Source of the DNA: Hemiscyllium ocellatum | Taxonomy: Eukaryota | DNA: 64,000 bases | NCBI RefSeq assembly: GCF_020745735.1 | Contig: NC_083404.1 | Coordinates: 37,137,731-37,201,730, forward strand | Direction: 5' to 3' | Shown: one piece after another, positions 11,591-25,344 of the stretch | Layout: every line of letters begins with the position of its first letter | Position numbering within the stretch: position 1 is the first letter of the stretch | Position numbers and translations under genes: made by a program | The notes under the pieces: generated by a model | Told to the model about the DNA's origin: nothing | Database searches by the model: none | What the model saw: only the letters and a program-made list of their open reading frames with translations

Positions 11591-14500
11591 GAGTCATAGA
11601 TCCCTTGAGATGTACAACACGGAAACAGACCCTTCAGTCCAACTCAGCTGGCCAGATATTCAAACCTAATCTAGTTCCATTTGGCCCATATCCCTCTGAA
11701 CCCTTCCTATTCACATACCCATCCAGATTCCCTTTAAATGTTTTAATTGTATCAGCCTCCAGCACTTCCTCTGGCAACTCATTCCATGCACACACACCAA
11801 CCTCTGCGTGAAAACGTTGCCCCTTTGGTACCTCTTAAATTTCTCACTCTTACCCTAAACCTATGCCCTCTAGTTCTGGCTCCTCCACCCCAGGGAAAAG
11901 ACCTTGTCCGTCTACCTTATCTTTGCCCCTCCATGATTTTTTTAAACCTCTTATAAGGTCATCCCTTAGTCTCCAGCACTCCAGGGAAAATGCCTTAGCC
12001 TATTCAGCCTCTCTCTGTGTAGCTCAAATCCTCCAATCCTGGCAACATCGTTGTGAATCTTTTCTGAACCCTTTCAAGTTTCACAACATCTTTCCGATAA
12101 GAGGGAGATAATAATTGCACATAATATTCCAACAGTGGCCTGACCAATGTCCTGTACAGCTGCAACATGACCTCCAAACTCCTGTACTCAATATTCTGAC
12201 CAATAAAGGAAAGCATATCAAACACCTTCACTATCCTATCTCCATGTGACTCCACTTTCAAGGAATTATTAACCTGTTCTCCACAGTCTCTTTGTTGAGC
12301 AACATTCTCTAGGACCTTAACATTAAGTGTATAAGTCCTGTCCTGATTTGCCTTTCCAAAATGCAGCACCTCACATTTATCTAAATTAAACTCCATCTGC
12401 CAATTGGTCCATCTGATCAAGATCCCATTGTACACTGAGGTATCCTTCTTTGCTGTCCGCTACACTTCCAATTTTGGTGTCATCTGCAAACTTACTAACT
12501 ATACCTCTTACGTGCACATCCAAATCATTTATATAAATGACAAAAAGCAGTGGACCCAGCATCGATCCTTGTGGCACACCACTGGTCACAGGCCTCCAGT
12601 CTGACAAAAGAGCCCTCCACCCTGCCCTCTCTTCTACGTTTGTGCCTGTTCTGTATCCAAATAGCTACTTCTACTTGTATTCCATGCGATCTAACCTTGC
12701 TAACAAGTCTTCCATGAGGGACCTTGTCAAATGACACCAAAATTGGAGGTGTAGTGGACAGCGAAGAGGGTTACCTCAGATTACAACAGGATCTTTACCA
12801 GATAGGCCAATGGGCTGGGAAGTTGCAGATGGAGTTTAATTCAGATAAATGCAAGGTGCTGTATTTTGGGAAAGCAAATCTTAGCAGGTCTTATACACTT
12901 AATGGTAAGGTCCTAGGGAGTGTTGCTGAACAAAGACCCCTTGAAGTGTAGGTTCATAGCTCCTTGAAAGTGGAGTTGCAGGTAGATAGGATAGTGAAGA
13001 AGGCATTTGGTATGTTTTCTTTTTAATTGGTCAGAGTATTGAGTACAGGAGTTGGGAGGTCATGTTGCGGCTGTACAGGACATTGGTTAGGCCACTGTTG
13101 GAATATTGCTTGCAATTCTTCCTTTTGGAAAGATGTTGTGAAACTTGAGAGGGTTCAGAAAAGATTTACAAGGATGTTGCCAGAGTTGGAGAATTTAAAC
13201 TATAGGGAGAGATTGAAAAGGCTGGGGCTCTTTTCCCCAGAGTGTCGGAGGCTGAGAGGTGACCTAATAGAGGTTTACAAGATTGAGGAGCATGTATAGG
13301 GTAAATAGATAAAGTCTTTTCCCTAGGGGCGGGGAGTCCAGAACTAGAGATCAGTTTAGGGTGAGAGGGGAAAGATATCGAATTGACACAGAGGGTGTTA
13401 AGTGTATGGAATGAGCTGCCAGAGGAAGTGGTGGAGGCTGGTACAATTGCAACATTTAAGAGGCACTTGGATGGGTATATGAATAAGAAGGGTTAGGAGG
13501 GATATGAGGCAGGTGCTGGCAGGTGGGACTAGATTGGGTTAGGATATCTGGTCAGCATGGATGGGTTGGACCAAAAGGTCTGTTTCCATGCTGTACATTT
13601 CTATGACTCTAAATACCTTAAAGTCTATATAGATCATGACCAATGCTTTGCCCTCATGAAACCTCTTCACCACTTCTTCAGAAAACTCAACCATGTTTGT
13701 GAGACATGATTTCCCTCGCACAAAGCCATGATGTCTATCCCTTATCAGTCCTTTCCATTCCAAATTCGGGTAGATCCTGTTCCTCGGAATTCCCTCCAAC
13801 AACTTGCCCACCACCAATATCAGGCTTACCTGTCTATAATTCCCTGCCTTTTCCTTACCACCTTTCTTAAATAGTGGCACCACGTTGGCCAACCTCCAGT
13901 TTTCAGCACCTAACCTGTGACTATTGATGATACAAATATCTCAGCAAGGGTACCAGCAATGACTTTCCTAGATTTCCACAAAGTTCTATTGTACACTTGA
14001 TCGTGTCCTGGGGATTTATGCACTTTTACGCACCATCACCTCTGTAATATGGACATTTTTCAAGATTTCACCATCTATTACCCCACATTCTATATCTTCT
14101 ATGTCCTTCTCCACAGTAAACACTGATGCAAAATACTCACTTTAGAATCTTCCCCCATCTCCTCTGGTTCCACACACAGGCTGTCTTGCTGATCGTTAAC
14201 GGGCCCTATTCTCTCCGTAGTTACCCTTTTTTTGTCCTTAATAAATTTATAACCTCCCTTTGGATTCTCCTTAATCCTATTTGCCAACAGTTATCTCATC
14301 TGCCGTTTTTTTGCTGATTTCCTTCTTAATTATACTCCTACTGCGTTTATATCCTTTTTAAGAATTAACTTAATCTCTGCTGTCTATACCAAGCACATGC
14401 TTCCTTTTTTGTTCTTAATCAAAACTTCAATTTATTTCAACATTCAGCTTTCCCTACCAGCCTTGCCTTTTCCCCTTACCTTATTAAGCAGCCTAACGTG
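11591..14500 (-). mobile_element. CR1 LINE (ORF2 RT to 3' tail), interrupted by a second CR1
   Basis: Minus ORFs: [52 protein letters not shown]; GAGTCATAG tail at 11591. Confidence 0.93.
12733..13610 (+). mobile_element. 5'-truncated CR1 nested in the opposite-strand CR1
   Basis: DTKIGGVVDSEEGY..KDVVKLERVQKRFTRMLP, ends ctatgactct; AAAT on both sides. Confidence 0.9.
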
Positions 14501-14819
14501 TTGCCGTATCAATGCCTTCTGAAAATCCAAACAAATTACGTCCACTGTATTCCCTATATCTATCCTGCTGTTACATCCTCAAAGAATTCTGGTAAATTTC
14601 AGTCCTGGTTTTCTCCTTCATGAATCAACAACATTCTAATCTTGTAAGATCATTTAAATCAATAATAGGTTTATTTATATATTGGATAGTATAATGCATG
14701 TCAGGTCTGTAAATTAAATTATAACTTCTAACTTGTTGCTTTGGCTTATAAACGCTAATAAATCATATACATTTTTTTTTCCAGCATCTGTAATACAAGT
14801 ATCATTCTTTTTATTCTAG

Positions 14820-14918
14820 GAGTCTTTGTGGTGTCTGATGTATCAGAGCATGCACCTCTTATTCTTCCTGGCCCCCTATCTGATGGACAGTTTTATTCTC
14901 CTCCTGAATCTGTTGCTG
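14820..14918 (+). CDS. STARD3NL: STARD3NL coding exon: (R)VFVVSDVSEHAPLILPGPLSDGQFYSPPESVA, includes the FFAT-type motif GQFYSPPES
   Basis: ttattctag| acceptor, G|GTGAGT donor, 99 nt phase 1-1; LSDGQFYSPPES is the VAP-binding (phospho-)FFAT region of STARD3/STARD3NL. Confidence 0.94.
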
Positions 14919-17900
14919 GTGAGTATCATAGATGTGCAATGGAAATTGTGGGGAAGTTTCAACCTGTACAGGCTCATAACTACCAATAATCATTAATGGA
15001 TTGTTAATGACTTTCCTAGATTTCCACAAAGTTCTATTGTACACTTGATCGTGTCCTGGGGATTTATGCACTTTTACGCACCATGGAATGTTAATTTGCA
15101 ACAGATTTGTGTTCATTGTGTGAAATGTACAATCATATTAAGAATATGGATGGTCTAATTAATTTCCACTTAAATATCTGATTGCTATCCTGACTGCAAA
15201 TCTGCATTAATTAACCGTTCATCGAAATTTCGGCTTAAAGGAAACCCATGAGATATTCAGGAAATGGCAGTTGTCCAGGACACTTCAGAAACTGAGTGGG
15301 CGTGTTATTCTATGGTCCCATCTACTCTTCTCATAATAGCAGTAGTCTCTTTTTTTCTCCCTGTGTGACATACATCATTCTTGAGAATTTGGACTTCCAA
15401 CTTATCCACTTCCCTGCACAATTTATTTCCACCCATAAACTGACTGCATGCTGTAATGCACGCTGTAGTCTGCGGAAAAAAATGTGGTTCTGAATCTAGT
15501 GCCTACTGGCACTGCATTCCCTTTCTTAGCACCTGTTATCATAGACAATTTAATCCTGCCTTAACACTTGGTGCAAGCCACTGAAACCCACCATCTCCTA
15601 GAACTAAATTCCTCCCATAGTCTTCCACCACTAACTAACTCAGCTGTCAGTGGTGGAATACAATGGGAGCAATTTCACTCCTCCAGATCTGCAGTGTCCC
15701 AACCATCTTCCACTTGCTGCATCCACATTGGTAGAAGAAAGTTCCTCTTCCAAGTGAAATTCTGTCTCACCTGCACCATCAATAAAACCTCTGATCCCTG
15801 GCCTCCTGAACTTTTTTCCATCTGTACTTCTGCTGCTTTTCACTTTCCACTTCCTCTTTCACAAAGTAGTATGACCACTCATCAAATATTTATTTTTGTG
15901 TTTTGTCTAATCATGTGTCTATGTAATCAGTTTTTATGGTAAAGATACAAATTAAATACAGATTATTGTTTTCCTAATGTATTATATATCATATTCCTAA
16001 GTGCTTCTGAAATTTAAGCATTCTTGCACGGAACGGGACCAGTCCTTCTGTAAGCAAGTTCTAAACAGTTAAGCATTGGTGGTACTAGAAGGTACTTGCC
16101 TTTCACTGGTGTAGGCGTCATCAATTTATCTTTGACTGTGAACCAAGAGTCATGCTGGCTAGAAGCACATGCAGAAAATCAAGTGTTAACATGCTCTCAT
16201 AAGAATTGTGTTGGTTCACTTGTTCACTAATAAGCTTATGATCCAGATGTTGGCAAAGGTTTTGTAACTTTTTTATAAATGCTGCAGTTTTTCCAGTTTG
16301 CTCTTATATTTGTTTTTTGCATGCTTAAAATAAGCTACAACCTATTCATATTCCTGAGTAAAATGCTGACTGAATAGTTATTGTTATTCCTCTCCAGAAT
16401 ATGCTTTCCGGCACCATAGGACAAAACTCAATTTTTGAATTGTATTGTGTTATGAGCAATTGCTGAGCATTTTTCAAACATGGTCTTCTGTTCTCTGGAC
16501 AGTCTTTTGAAGTGTAAATTCAGTTCTAACCAGTTCGGAAGAGGTTGAAGTGACGCTGATTCTCAGAAGTACATTTTTCTGAAGCACAAAGCAGCTGCTA
16601 ACCAATGACTATCCTGCAATGTAACCATGCTGATTGCTATTTTTAGGTTGGTTGATCAGGGTTGATGTGATCATTTTGCATTGAAGCTATCATGAGTGCT
16701 GATTTTTTTTTTTATTTTTGCTTTGGAAATAATTCAATTTTCTCCATAAACTAGGATGCATAACTTATTGTAGGTTAATGAGCCCAACATTCAATAGAAG
16801 ACCCCCTTTTTGTGGGCTGTGCCATTTCAGTTGCCAATTTTTTGAACAATGTGCAATACAGTAGGAGCACCATCTCTCCACCATATCCTCCCTTGTTCAG
16901 TTATTTTCATAAGGGTGGATTGAAACTTTTCTTTTGAGGGATTGATTCTCTGCTGCAGGGGCCTGTTTCCTAAATCTTTAGAGCCAACTCATGATCTTAA
17001 ACCGCAGTGAGTATTTCCTGCATTGTGTTAATTGCAGCTGTTTTGTCTGGGTTAAGTGTTGCAGGTGTGAGTTGTGGGAGTTTAACTGTTTTTAACCACA
17101 GAATAACTATCAATTCACTTATCTTGGGGGCTGTCCTTCAGAATCTGCTATAAATAAAAAAAATTCCAAAAATGTTTATCTTTAAGAGGAACTAAAATAT
17201 AATTGCACAGGCTAGCTGTAACTGAAAGGATTGTCCGTGTAGCATTTAAATATTCTGCTGAGTAATATTTGAATGTTTTAACATGTTTGTGCTGTGCAAC
17301 AAAATAAGTTAATGTGTTAAAAAGCCTTGCCAGGGGACAGTAAGACAACAGTTGGGGTAACCTTTGCAATTATAATAAATATACATTTACATTTATAAGA
17401 AAGATGTTGAGACAATGGATATGTGCAGGACAGATACACTGGACCACTGCCTACTGCAGGAAGTTAGAAATGTGAAAAAGATCTAAATTAGAATTGTTTG
17501 TGTTGAACCAAGATTGTAGCTGGCAGCATATGATGCAGCACAAAAAGAGGCTATTTGGCTAATTGAGCCTGTGCTAACTCTTCGATAGAGCTATCAAAAT
17601 AGTTCCCCTTTACCCTTTCCAGATAGCATCTAAAAATATTTCTTTTCAAATGTTTTTCCAATCTCTTTTTGAATATTACTGTTGCATCTGTGTCTACATC
17701 TTTCAGGCAGTTCATCTGGATCACAGCAACTTGATGTGTTTTAAATTTTAAAAATTCCTCATGTCATTTCAAGACTGTCCTATCTCCACAATCAATTGGA
17801 AGCATTTCTTCAGTTGTAGGGAGAGCAGCTGCATTATTGGTTTCTCTACCTATGCCCATCTCTCATACTAGTACCATTCTGGTCAACTTCTTCTGCATCC

Positions 17901-18399
17901 TTTCTAAGGCTTGACAACCTGAAGTGTGGTCCTTAAAATGTCTCAAAATACGTAGGACACTCTGTGCCATTTCAATTTGTCCTGCCTTATCAAAGGCTTA
18001 TTTATGTAAATACTCCAAGTCTCTGTATGTTCTCTAAAATTATATAACTTAGTTTATATCATTTCTTATTCTTCATACCTAGGTACATCACTGCACACTG
18101 AATTGTACCTGTTATACATTACCTATTTCACCAGCCTGAGACATGAAATTTGTTTCCAACTTCCTCATTGTTTATTACATTTCCAAGTTTCATATCATCA
18201 GCAAAATCTGAAGTTTTACCGTATATACCTGTGTCCAGGCCATCTTAGTATACTTTTTTTAAAAACAATTACTAGTCCCTGGGGGGTGCATATATGTTTC
18301 CTTGCAACTGAAAACCACCATTCAACGCTGCTTGATTCTTTTTGTCTCTTAGCCAACTTTGTATCGATGGTCGCTCAGTTGAAGCCCATGCACTTCGAT

Positions 18400-18800
18400 T
18401 AGAGTCATAGAGACATACAGTGTGGAACAGACCCTTCGGTCCAACTCATCCATGCCGACCAGATATCTTAAATTAGTCTAGTCCCATTTGCCAGCATTTG
18501 ACCAATATAAACCCTATGTATTCATGTACCCATCCAGATGCCTTTTAAATGTTGTAATTGTACCCATCTCCACCAGTTCCTCTGGAAGCTCAATCCATAC
18601 ACACATCACCCTCTGCCTCTTTCCCCTCTCACCTTTAAACCTACGCTGTCTAGTTTTTGACTCCCTACCCTGGGGAAAAGGCCCTGGTTATTCACTCTAT
18701 CCATGCCCCTCATGATTTTATAAACCTCAATCAGGTCACTCCTCAGTCTGTGATGCTCCAGGGAAAACAACCCTAGCCTATTCAACCTCTCCCTATAGCT
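18400..18800 (-). mobile_element. CR1 3' fragment
   Basis: gagtcatag tail plus RT C-terminal sequence, same family as 1323-1565. Confidence 0.85.
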
Positions 18801-19799
18801 TTTTTTCTAACAACTCTATTATATTGTCATCTATCCAGTGACTTTCTGAAAATCCATATACTCAATATAAGCTGCACCACCTTCATCAAATCTGTCTAGT
18901 TCAAACGTCTTGATGAAATTAATATATTTAGCAAATTGATTTCACTTCATATTTCCTGCATCTGTAGTTCTTTTGGGTGTTTTTTTAACCATTAGTTTCA
19001 TATTAGCTCATGTTTTCCAAATGGCAATTCATTTTATCTTGGGCCTTTAAGATTTTTGCACCATTTAATGTTAAGTTGGCTATCCTGGAGGTATAACAGT
19101 TTATCTGTCTCCTTTCTTGAGTTGAGGGGTTTTTTTTTAAACCTTCTGTGCCCTTTCAGAGCTCCCCTATTTAAGGATATTTGGAAGATTGTGCTTACTT
19201 CCTCCACAATTTACACTTTTGGTGACCTAGGGTTTACACCTATATGTGCCAGTTAATTGCTGTCAAACCTTTTAACTACCTCTCTTTATGTTACCCAATC
19301 CAATATTGCTCCTCATGTCTCCCTTGCTGCTACACTACAGCCATCATCACTAGAATACAGGCTATGGCCAATGTACTCAGCAGCTCCATAATATAACTCT
19401 CAAACCACCCATTATCTGCAAAACTATTCATGTATTTTCTTTGTCCTTTTCTTTTCAGTTTCCTCTGTACTTCCCATATTCACCTTGGTTCCCTATTAAA
19501 TTATGAACTGACATCCATTGATTTGGTTTTTTCATGTTTATTTAATTTTATTAAAGTTGTATTTAATTCGCTACCAAGGGAGCTCTAGCTTTCAGTGCCA
19601 TTCCACTCACTTTAATGGGAGAGTGTCTGTTTAACACAAAAGGAAAATTCTGCAGATGCTGGAAATCTGAAATAGTAATGAAAAAATGCTAGAAATACTC
19701 TGCAAGTTAGGCAACATCATGGAGAGAAACAGATTATGAGAAGAGAGGCAAAATTGATAGAAGCAGACTGTGTTTCCAGCTGTGAAGGCTGCGATCAAG

Positions 19800-20380
19800 C
19801 GTCATAGGGTCACAGGGAGGTAAAGCAGGGAAACAGATCCTTTGGTCCAACTTGTCCATGCTGACCAGATATCCTAGTCCCATTTATCAGCATTTGGCCC
19901 ATATCCTTCTAAACCCTTCCTATTCATATACCCTTCCAGATCTCTTTCAAATGTTGTAGTTGTACCAGCCTTCTCCACTCCCTCAGCCAGCTCATTCCAG
20001 ACACACACGACCTTTTGTGTGAAAAAGCTTCCCCTTAGGCCCCTTTTTAAATCTTTCGCCTCTCACCCTAAACCTTTTCCCTCTAGTTCTGGACTACCCC
20101 ACCCCAGGGAAAATACCTTGTCTATTAACTCTATCCATGCCCATCATGATTTTATAAACATCTGAAGTCATCCCTTAGCCTCTGCTACTCTAGGGAAAAC
20201 AGCCCCAGCCTCTTCAACCTCACGTCATGGCTCAAACCCTCCAACCCTGGCAACATCCTTGTAAATCTTTTCTGAACCCTTTTCAAGTTTCACAACATCT
20301 TTCCGATAGGAACGAGACCAAAATTGCACACGATATTCCAAAAGTGGCCAAACCAAAGTCCTACACAGCTGCAACATGAT
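19800..20380 (-). mobile_element. CR1 3' fragment
   Basis: Same 3'UTR/RT C-terminal sequence in reverse orientation. Confidence 0.85.
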
Positions 20381-20746
20381 ACAGTCCATTGATAAAAGAT
20401 TAAATTAAGAGATTTGGAAGGAGGAGAAATCCCTTGAAATTATAAGACTGTCAAATCACTTCTAACTGAAACAGAACCATACCAACTTCTTAAAATCGGT
20501 TAAGAGGTGTTTGAAGGAAAATAGCAAGACAAACATGGGATTTAAATGTAACACCTACAGAACAGATTAGACAGAATCACCCATTTGTGTTACAATGATG
20601 TGTTTGTATTCATTAATCATTTTCAGACTAGAAAACACCGTGAGTAGCATTGGCTGAACATGTATCTGCCTGCTTGTTGGCATAATTCACTTCCATTGTC
20701 TCTGAAGCACAGAGGTTGACCTTTATTGCTTCTGTTTAATTTGTAG

Positions 20747-20787
20747 ATTCTGATGAAGAAGACGATGCTGAGAATCCAAAACATTAA
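20747..20787 (+). CDS. STARD3NL: STARD3NL last coding exon: (D)SDEEDDAENPKH-stop; exon continues to donor at 20790/20791
   Basis: tttaatttgtag| acceptor, phase 1 fits previous exon, acidic tail, TAA 20785-20787 then CAG|GTGTGG. No START-domain exons seen downstream, so STARD3NL rather than STARD3. Spliced product 229 aa. Confidence 0.85.
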
Positions 20788-21349
20788 CAGGTGTGGAAAA
20801 TGGCAGAGCTGTTGATTCCTGTTTGCACTAATCAATCCAGACTTTTAACTGAAAATATTAACAGCTGCATGGTTTCAGTTAGGCAAAAACATAGAGGCTA
20901 TTGATAATTGCACTTCACTTCGATCTCTTTTCCCTGGCACGTGCATGCTCAATTTGGTCTCCACTGATCTTAGTAACATACAGCATTCTCCCTGTCCTCT
21001 GAAAAGTGTTATACTTAGAAACACAACCCAAAGGGTTCCAGATAACCAGCGTCATTGCTCATTGAGTAAGTGCAGATGGATTTTCCAGAATCAACCTGTA
21101 CCATTGGGATGGACTCCACCTGAACCAGGCTGGAACCTAGCGGATGATGAACTTAAGCCAGTAAATGAAGAGAAGGGGCTGAATGGGAACATTAGTAGAG
21201 ATAAATGGACAAAGATGAAGAGAGTAAAGAAATAATCAAAAGTTTTGCTTTAGATACCACAGGTAAATGAGGAAATAAAATGTAAAGTAATTTAAGCCAG
21301 AAGAGAAAAACAGAACTGAAACCAGAAGGGCAGCTAGCCTGTGCAGTCC

Positions 21350-24300
21350 AATAGGTTTATAAAACGTTGTAGAATATAGTAAACCCCTTAAGTGAATTCC
21401 AGGCCCAAGTTTAATTTGAAGAGTCTAACATGGTGGCTATTATAGATATATGACTGCAAGACATGGGGGAGTTGCTAGAGGCAATGTAAGTGGACCAGTA
21501 ATTTAGAATTGATTCACCTAGTACATGGGGGTCGAGAGTGTGGTACTGGAAAAGCACAGCAGGTCAGGCAGCATCCAACAAGAATCGCTGTTTTGAGCAT
21601 AAGCCGTATGTGGTTCAGATTTAACTACAGTAGCTAAGAGAGTTTAAGTTCATATAATAAATCTGGAATTACAAATTGATTGCATAATGACCATGAAAGC
21701 ATTGCCAATTATTGTAAAATCCTATCTGGTTCACAAAAGTTCTTTACAAAAATAAATCTGCTGTTGCTTGGTCTGCTCCACATTTGACTCCAGACACAGC
21801 AATATGGTCAAATCTTAAATTCCTTTTGAGGTAGGCTAGCAAACCACTGAGTTCTGCGAAGTTCTCCTTTCTAACAGCTGGCAACTTGTGCCAAAATTGG
21901 GAGAGCTGCCCTACGTACTAGTCAAGCAACAACCTGAATTGCAAAGTATGAATTATAACTTCTCAGCCATGACCACCACAATCCCTGGCTATGTTTCGTC
22001 AGACAGATGCACCAAAGGTAACGACACAGTGGTATAGTCAGGACAGAGTTGCTCTGGCAGTCTTTAACATTGACTGTAGATCTTTCCTTGAAATATCATG
22101 GTACTTAGTCAAGCTTGGGCAAGGAAACTCCTGCCTCCTAACAATTACCATGTTTCCATGTTGAACTCTGCTTGATGGAAGCACTGAGGCTGGTTAGGGC
22201 ACAGAATGTGGTCTGGGTGGAGGCTTTTGATGCCCATAGCCAAGAGTGGTTCAGCAGCAGTGAGCTGGTTGAGTTGTAAAGGACTGGGTCTGTGGTAGGT
22301 GGTGAAGGAACCAACAAGTTGGAAGAACATATCTCCTCTCACTCACCTCCATCTGCCTGCCACAGATGTAACTTTCTGTGATGGTATTGGTAAGAGAAGT
22401 CATCACTCAGTCTTTGTGGAAATGAAGTCCCATCTTCATATTTGAGGACAGTACTCTGCCACATGTGACACTAGCACTATGCTATATAGTTAGATTTCAA
22501 CAGATCTAGCAACTCAATCTGAATATCCAAGAGATGTTTTGGGCTATTAGTAGCAGCAGCAGAATTGTACTGCAAGATAGTCTGCCTACTATTTACCTCA
22601 GTGTACTATTGCTGATAAACCAGTAGATCAACCTTGATAGGAAGAAAAGTACTGATGGGGCATGCCAAGCACAAGACCGTACATGCCTAAAGTAAAGTGA
22701 CAGCCTGGGTAAACTGGAACATACACACACACACATACACTATTCAAGGGCCAAACAAGTGATGAACAAGGCTAAGTGATTCAATCAGCAGCATTTCAGA
22801 TATAAGCTTTGCAGTCCTGCCATCTCCAGTCATTACATTTATGATGCCAAGGTTTGCAAAGCTGTGGGCAAAGTGCTAGAAAATGAAATTAGAATAGTTA
22901 GATGGTGGTTTTTAACTGGCATGAACACAGTAGGCCAAAGGGCCTTTTTCCATCTTGCAGATCTCTATGATTCTATAAATAGTAGTGAGCAATTAAACAA
23001 TTTGGAGGAGGAAGCACCACAAATATCCCCATCATCAGTGACTGATGACACCATTCAGTTGATTGGAGTCATGCTCAGTACAAAGGGTGATGGATGTGGT
23101 TGTTGAAGGCCAATCTTTGTCAGCTCCAGGGCATCACTACAGGTGTTTCTCTTGATAATGTGTTATGCACAACCATCTTCAGCTACTTTATTAATCACCT
23201 TCCTGCCATCATAGGGTCTGAGTCTGATGCTCATGATAATTGCATAGTTTTCAGCACTGTTTGTGATAACTAAGGTACTGAAGCAGTCCTTGTCCACATG
23301 CAGCAAGACCTGGGCAATAACCAAGCTCGGGCTGATAAGTGATAAATAACATTTGCATCTCCACGCCAGGCAATTAGCATCTCAAGAAGAAAAACTCTAA
23401 CTCTTGCTAATGATATTCAATGGCTTTACCATCACTGAATCCTCCACTATCGTTATCCTGGGGTTACCGTTGACCAGGATCCAAATTTGACTAGCTATGT
23501 AGATCCTATGGCTACAAGAGAAGGACAGATGCTAGGAACCCTCCAGTGAGTAACTTGCCTTTCAAAATCTGTACATCACCTGCAGGGCACAAGTCAGGAA
23601 TCTAATTGAATGCTGTCAGATTAACTGCTTGAATGGCACTGTATCCACGAATATTCTCTCCCTCCACCTACGATGCACAGTAGTAGTAGTGTGTATCATT
23701 TACAAGATGCACTGTGGAAATTCACCATGGCTTCTTGGACAGCACCTTCGAAACCTATGACCACTACCAAAGCAAAGGCCAAGGGTAGCAGATGAATTCG
23801 TAGAACTTGTGTGTTTTCATACCTCTCCAAGCCACACTTAATCTTGATTTGGAAATATATCGATGTTCCTTCGCTGTCACTAAATCAAAACTCTGGAATT
23901 CCCTTCCTAACAGCATTGTGGGTTTACCTATACCAAATGGATTTCAACGGTTAGAGAAGACCATTCACTGCCAACGCCATCTCCCATTCAGCTAATGACA
24001 GGCTATAATTGCTGGCTGAGCCAACAAAGCCCATGGGACATGAATAAGTTTGTTTTTGATAAACCTCCAATCCTCCAGACTGACAGGGCATCGTGAGGAT
24101 TAATCTGGTTCATTGAAGAGTGCAAGTGGGCATGCTGAGAACACAAATTAATAATGAGGTGTCAATCTGTTGGCGTTACAATGCAGAGCTACTTGTATGC
24201 CAGACAGTGGAAGCAACATGCAACAGAGGACTAAGTGATCCCAGAACCCGCGGATTCAATCTAAACTTCTGCCAAGTCCATTTGGGAGTTGCCCAGGGCA

Positions 24301-24720
24301 TCAACCGAGAAGTGAAGTAGCTCACCCCCGACTCCCCGAAATGTAATCCCCATCTGCAAGGCACATGTTTAGAGCTGTGATGAAGTTCTCTCCCAATTGC
24401 CAATGTCATCCAGGAAAAAGCAACTTACTCAATTGTCAACCCATCCACCACCTTAAACGTTTGTTCCCTCCACCACCGATGCAGTGGCAGAAGTATATAC
24501 CATCTACAAGGTGCACTGCAATAACTTGCTGTAATAATAATTTTAATAGCACCCTACTGAGACTGCATCCTCTTCCAGCTAGAGATACAAAATAAACAGA
24601 TGTAATGGAACGTGACCACCTACAAGTTCCTCTCCAAACCTTGCAGCATCCTGACTTGGAACCATGTTTCTGCCTTCACCTTTGCTGAATCAAAATCCTG
24701 GAACTCCCTTCCTATCGGCA
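21350..24720. mobile_element. Mosaic of old LINE fragments in STARD3NL intron
   Basis: Degenerate endonuclease/RT-like and 3'UTR blocks shared with 7.3-9.8 kb; includes a Penelope-type fragment near 21530-21610. Confidence 0.55.
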
Positions 24721-25344
24721 TTGTGGATCAACGATTTCCCCCAATTATTTTTTTTCTGCTGTACAGATCTGTAAGGTCCATTGCCTCAGAAACCAAAGAA
24801 TCCCACAACAATGTATTGCACAGAACCTCTGAGCCTAAGTATAGCCATGCAATTTAGAGGGAACATAGCTGTTGATACGTATACAACATATTGACAGTAC
24901 TAGTTTAAGATGACAAATCACCACCACCTTCTCATGTGCATAGAAATCCACAAGAAAAAGCCAGTGAGCCACGACCCATGCGTGAATATGTTTCAAAACC
25001 ATGTCACAACTCGAACTATATATATCAGGTTACAAAATCTAAAGGAAAAGCAGGGAGAAGGAAAAGTTTTAACAATTACGGATTAAATCATTTCCAACAA
25101 GGGAGGATGTACCAAGAGGCAGACGGTGAAAATTTTATAGCGCAAACTAAAAATTAAAATTGATAACTGTAGTAGGTGTTGTGCATCGGGCCATAGTAGT
25201 AGCCGTTAAATAATTTGAATAAATGCTGGAATTAAACAAGATTTAACAAAGGCATATAAATTTTAATGTGCAGGGCCTAAACATGAATTTCAAACATTGG
25301 GATAAGTGGACTAACACGTATCACAAGGAATGAAATATATCTTT

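Noticed and set aside
3411-20787. Calling the gene STARD3 (MLN64)
   Set aside because: Stop follows the acidic tail, no START-domain exons seen, and TRG adjacency fits STARD3NL.
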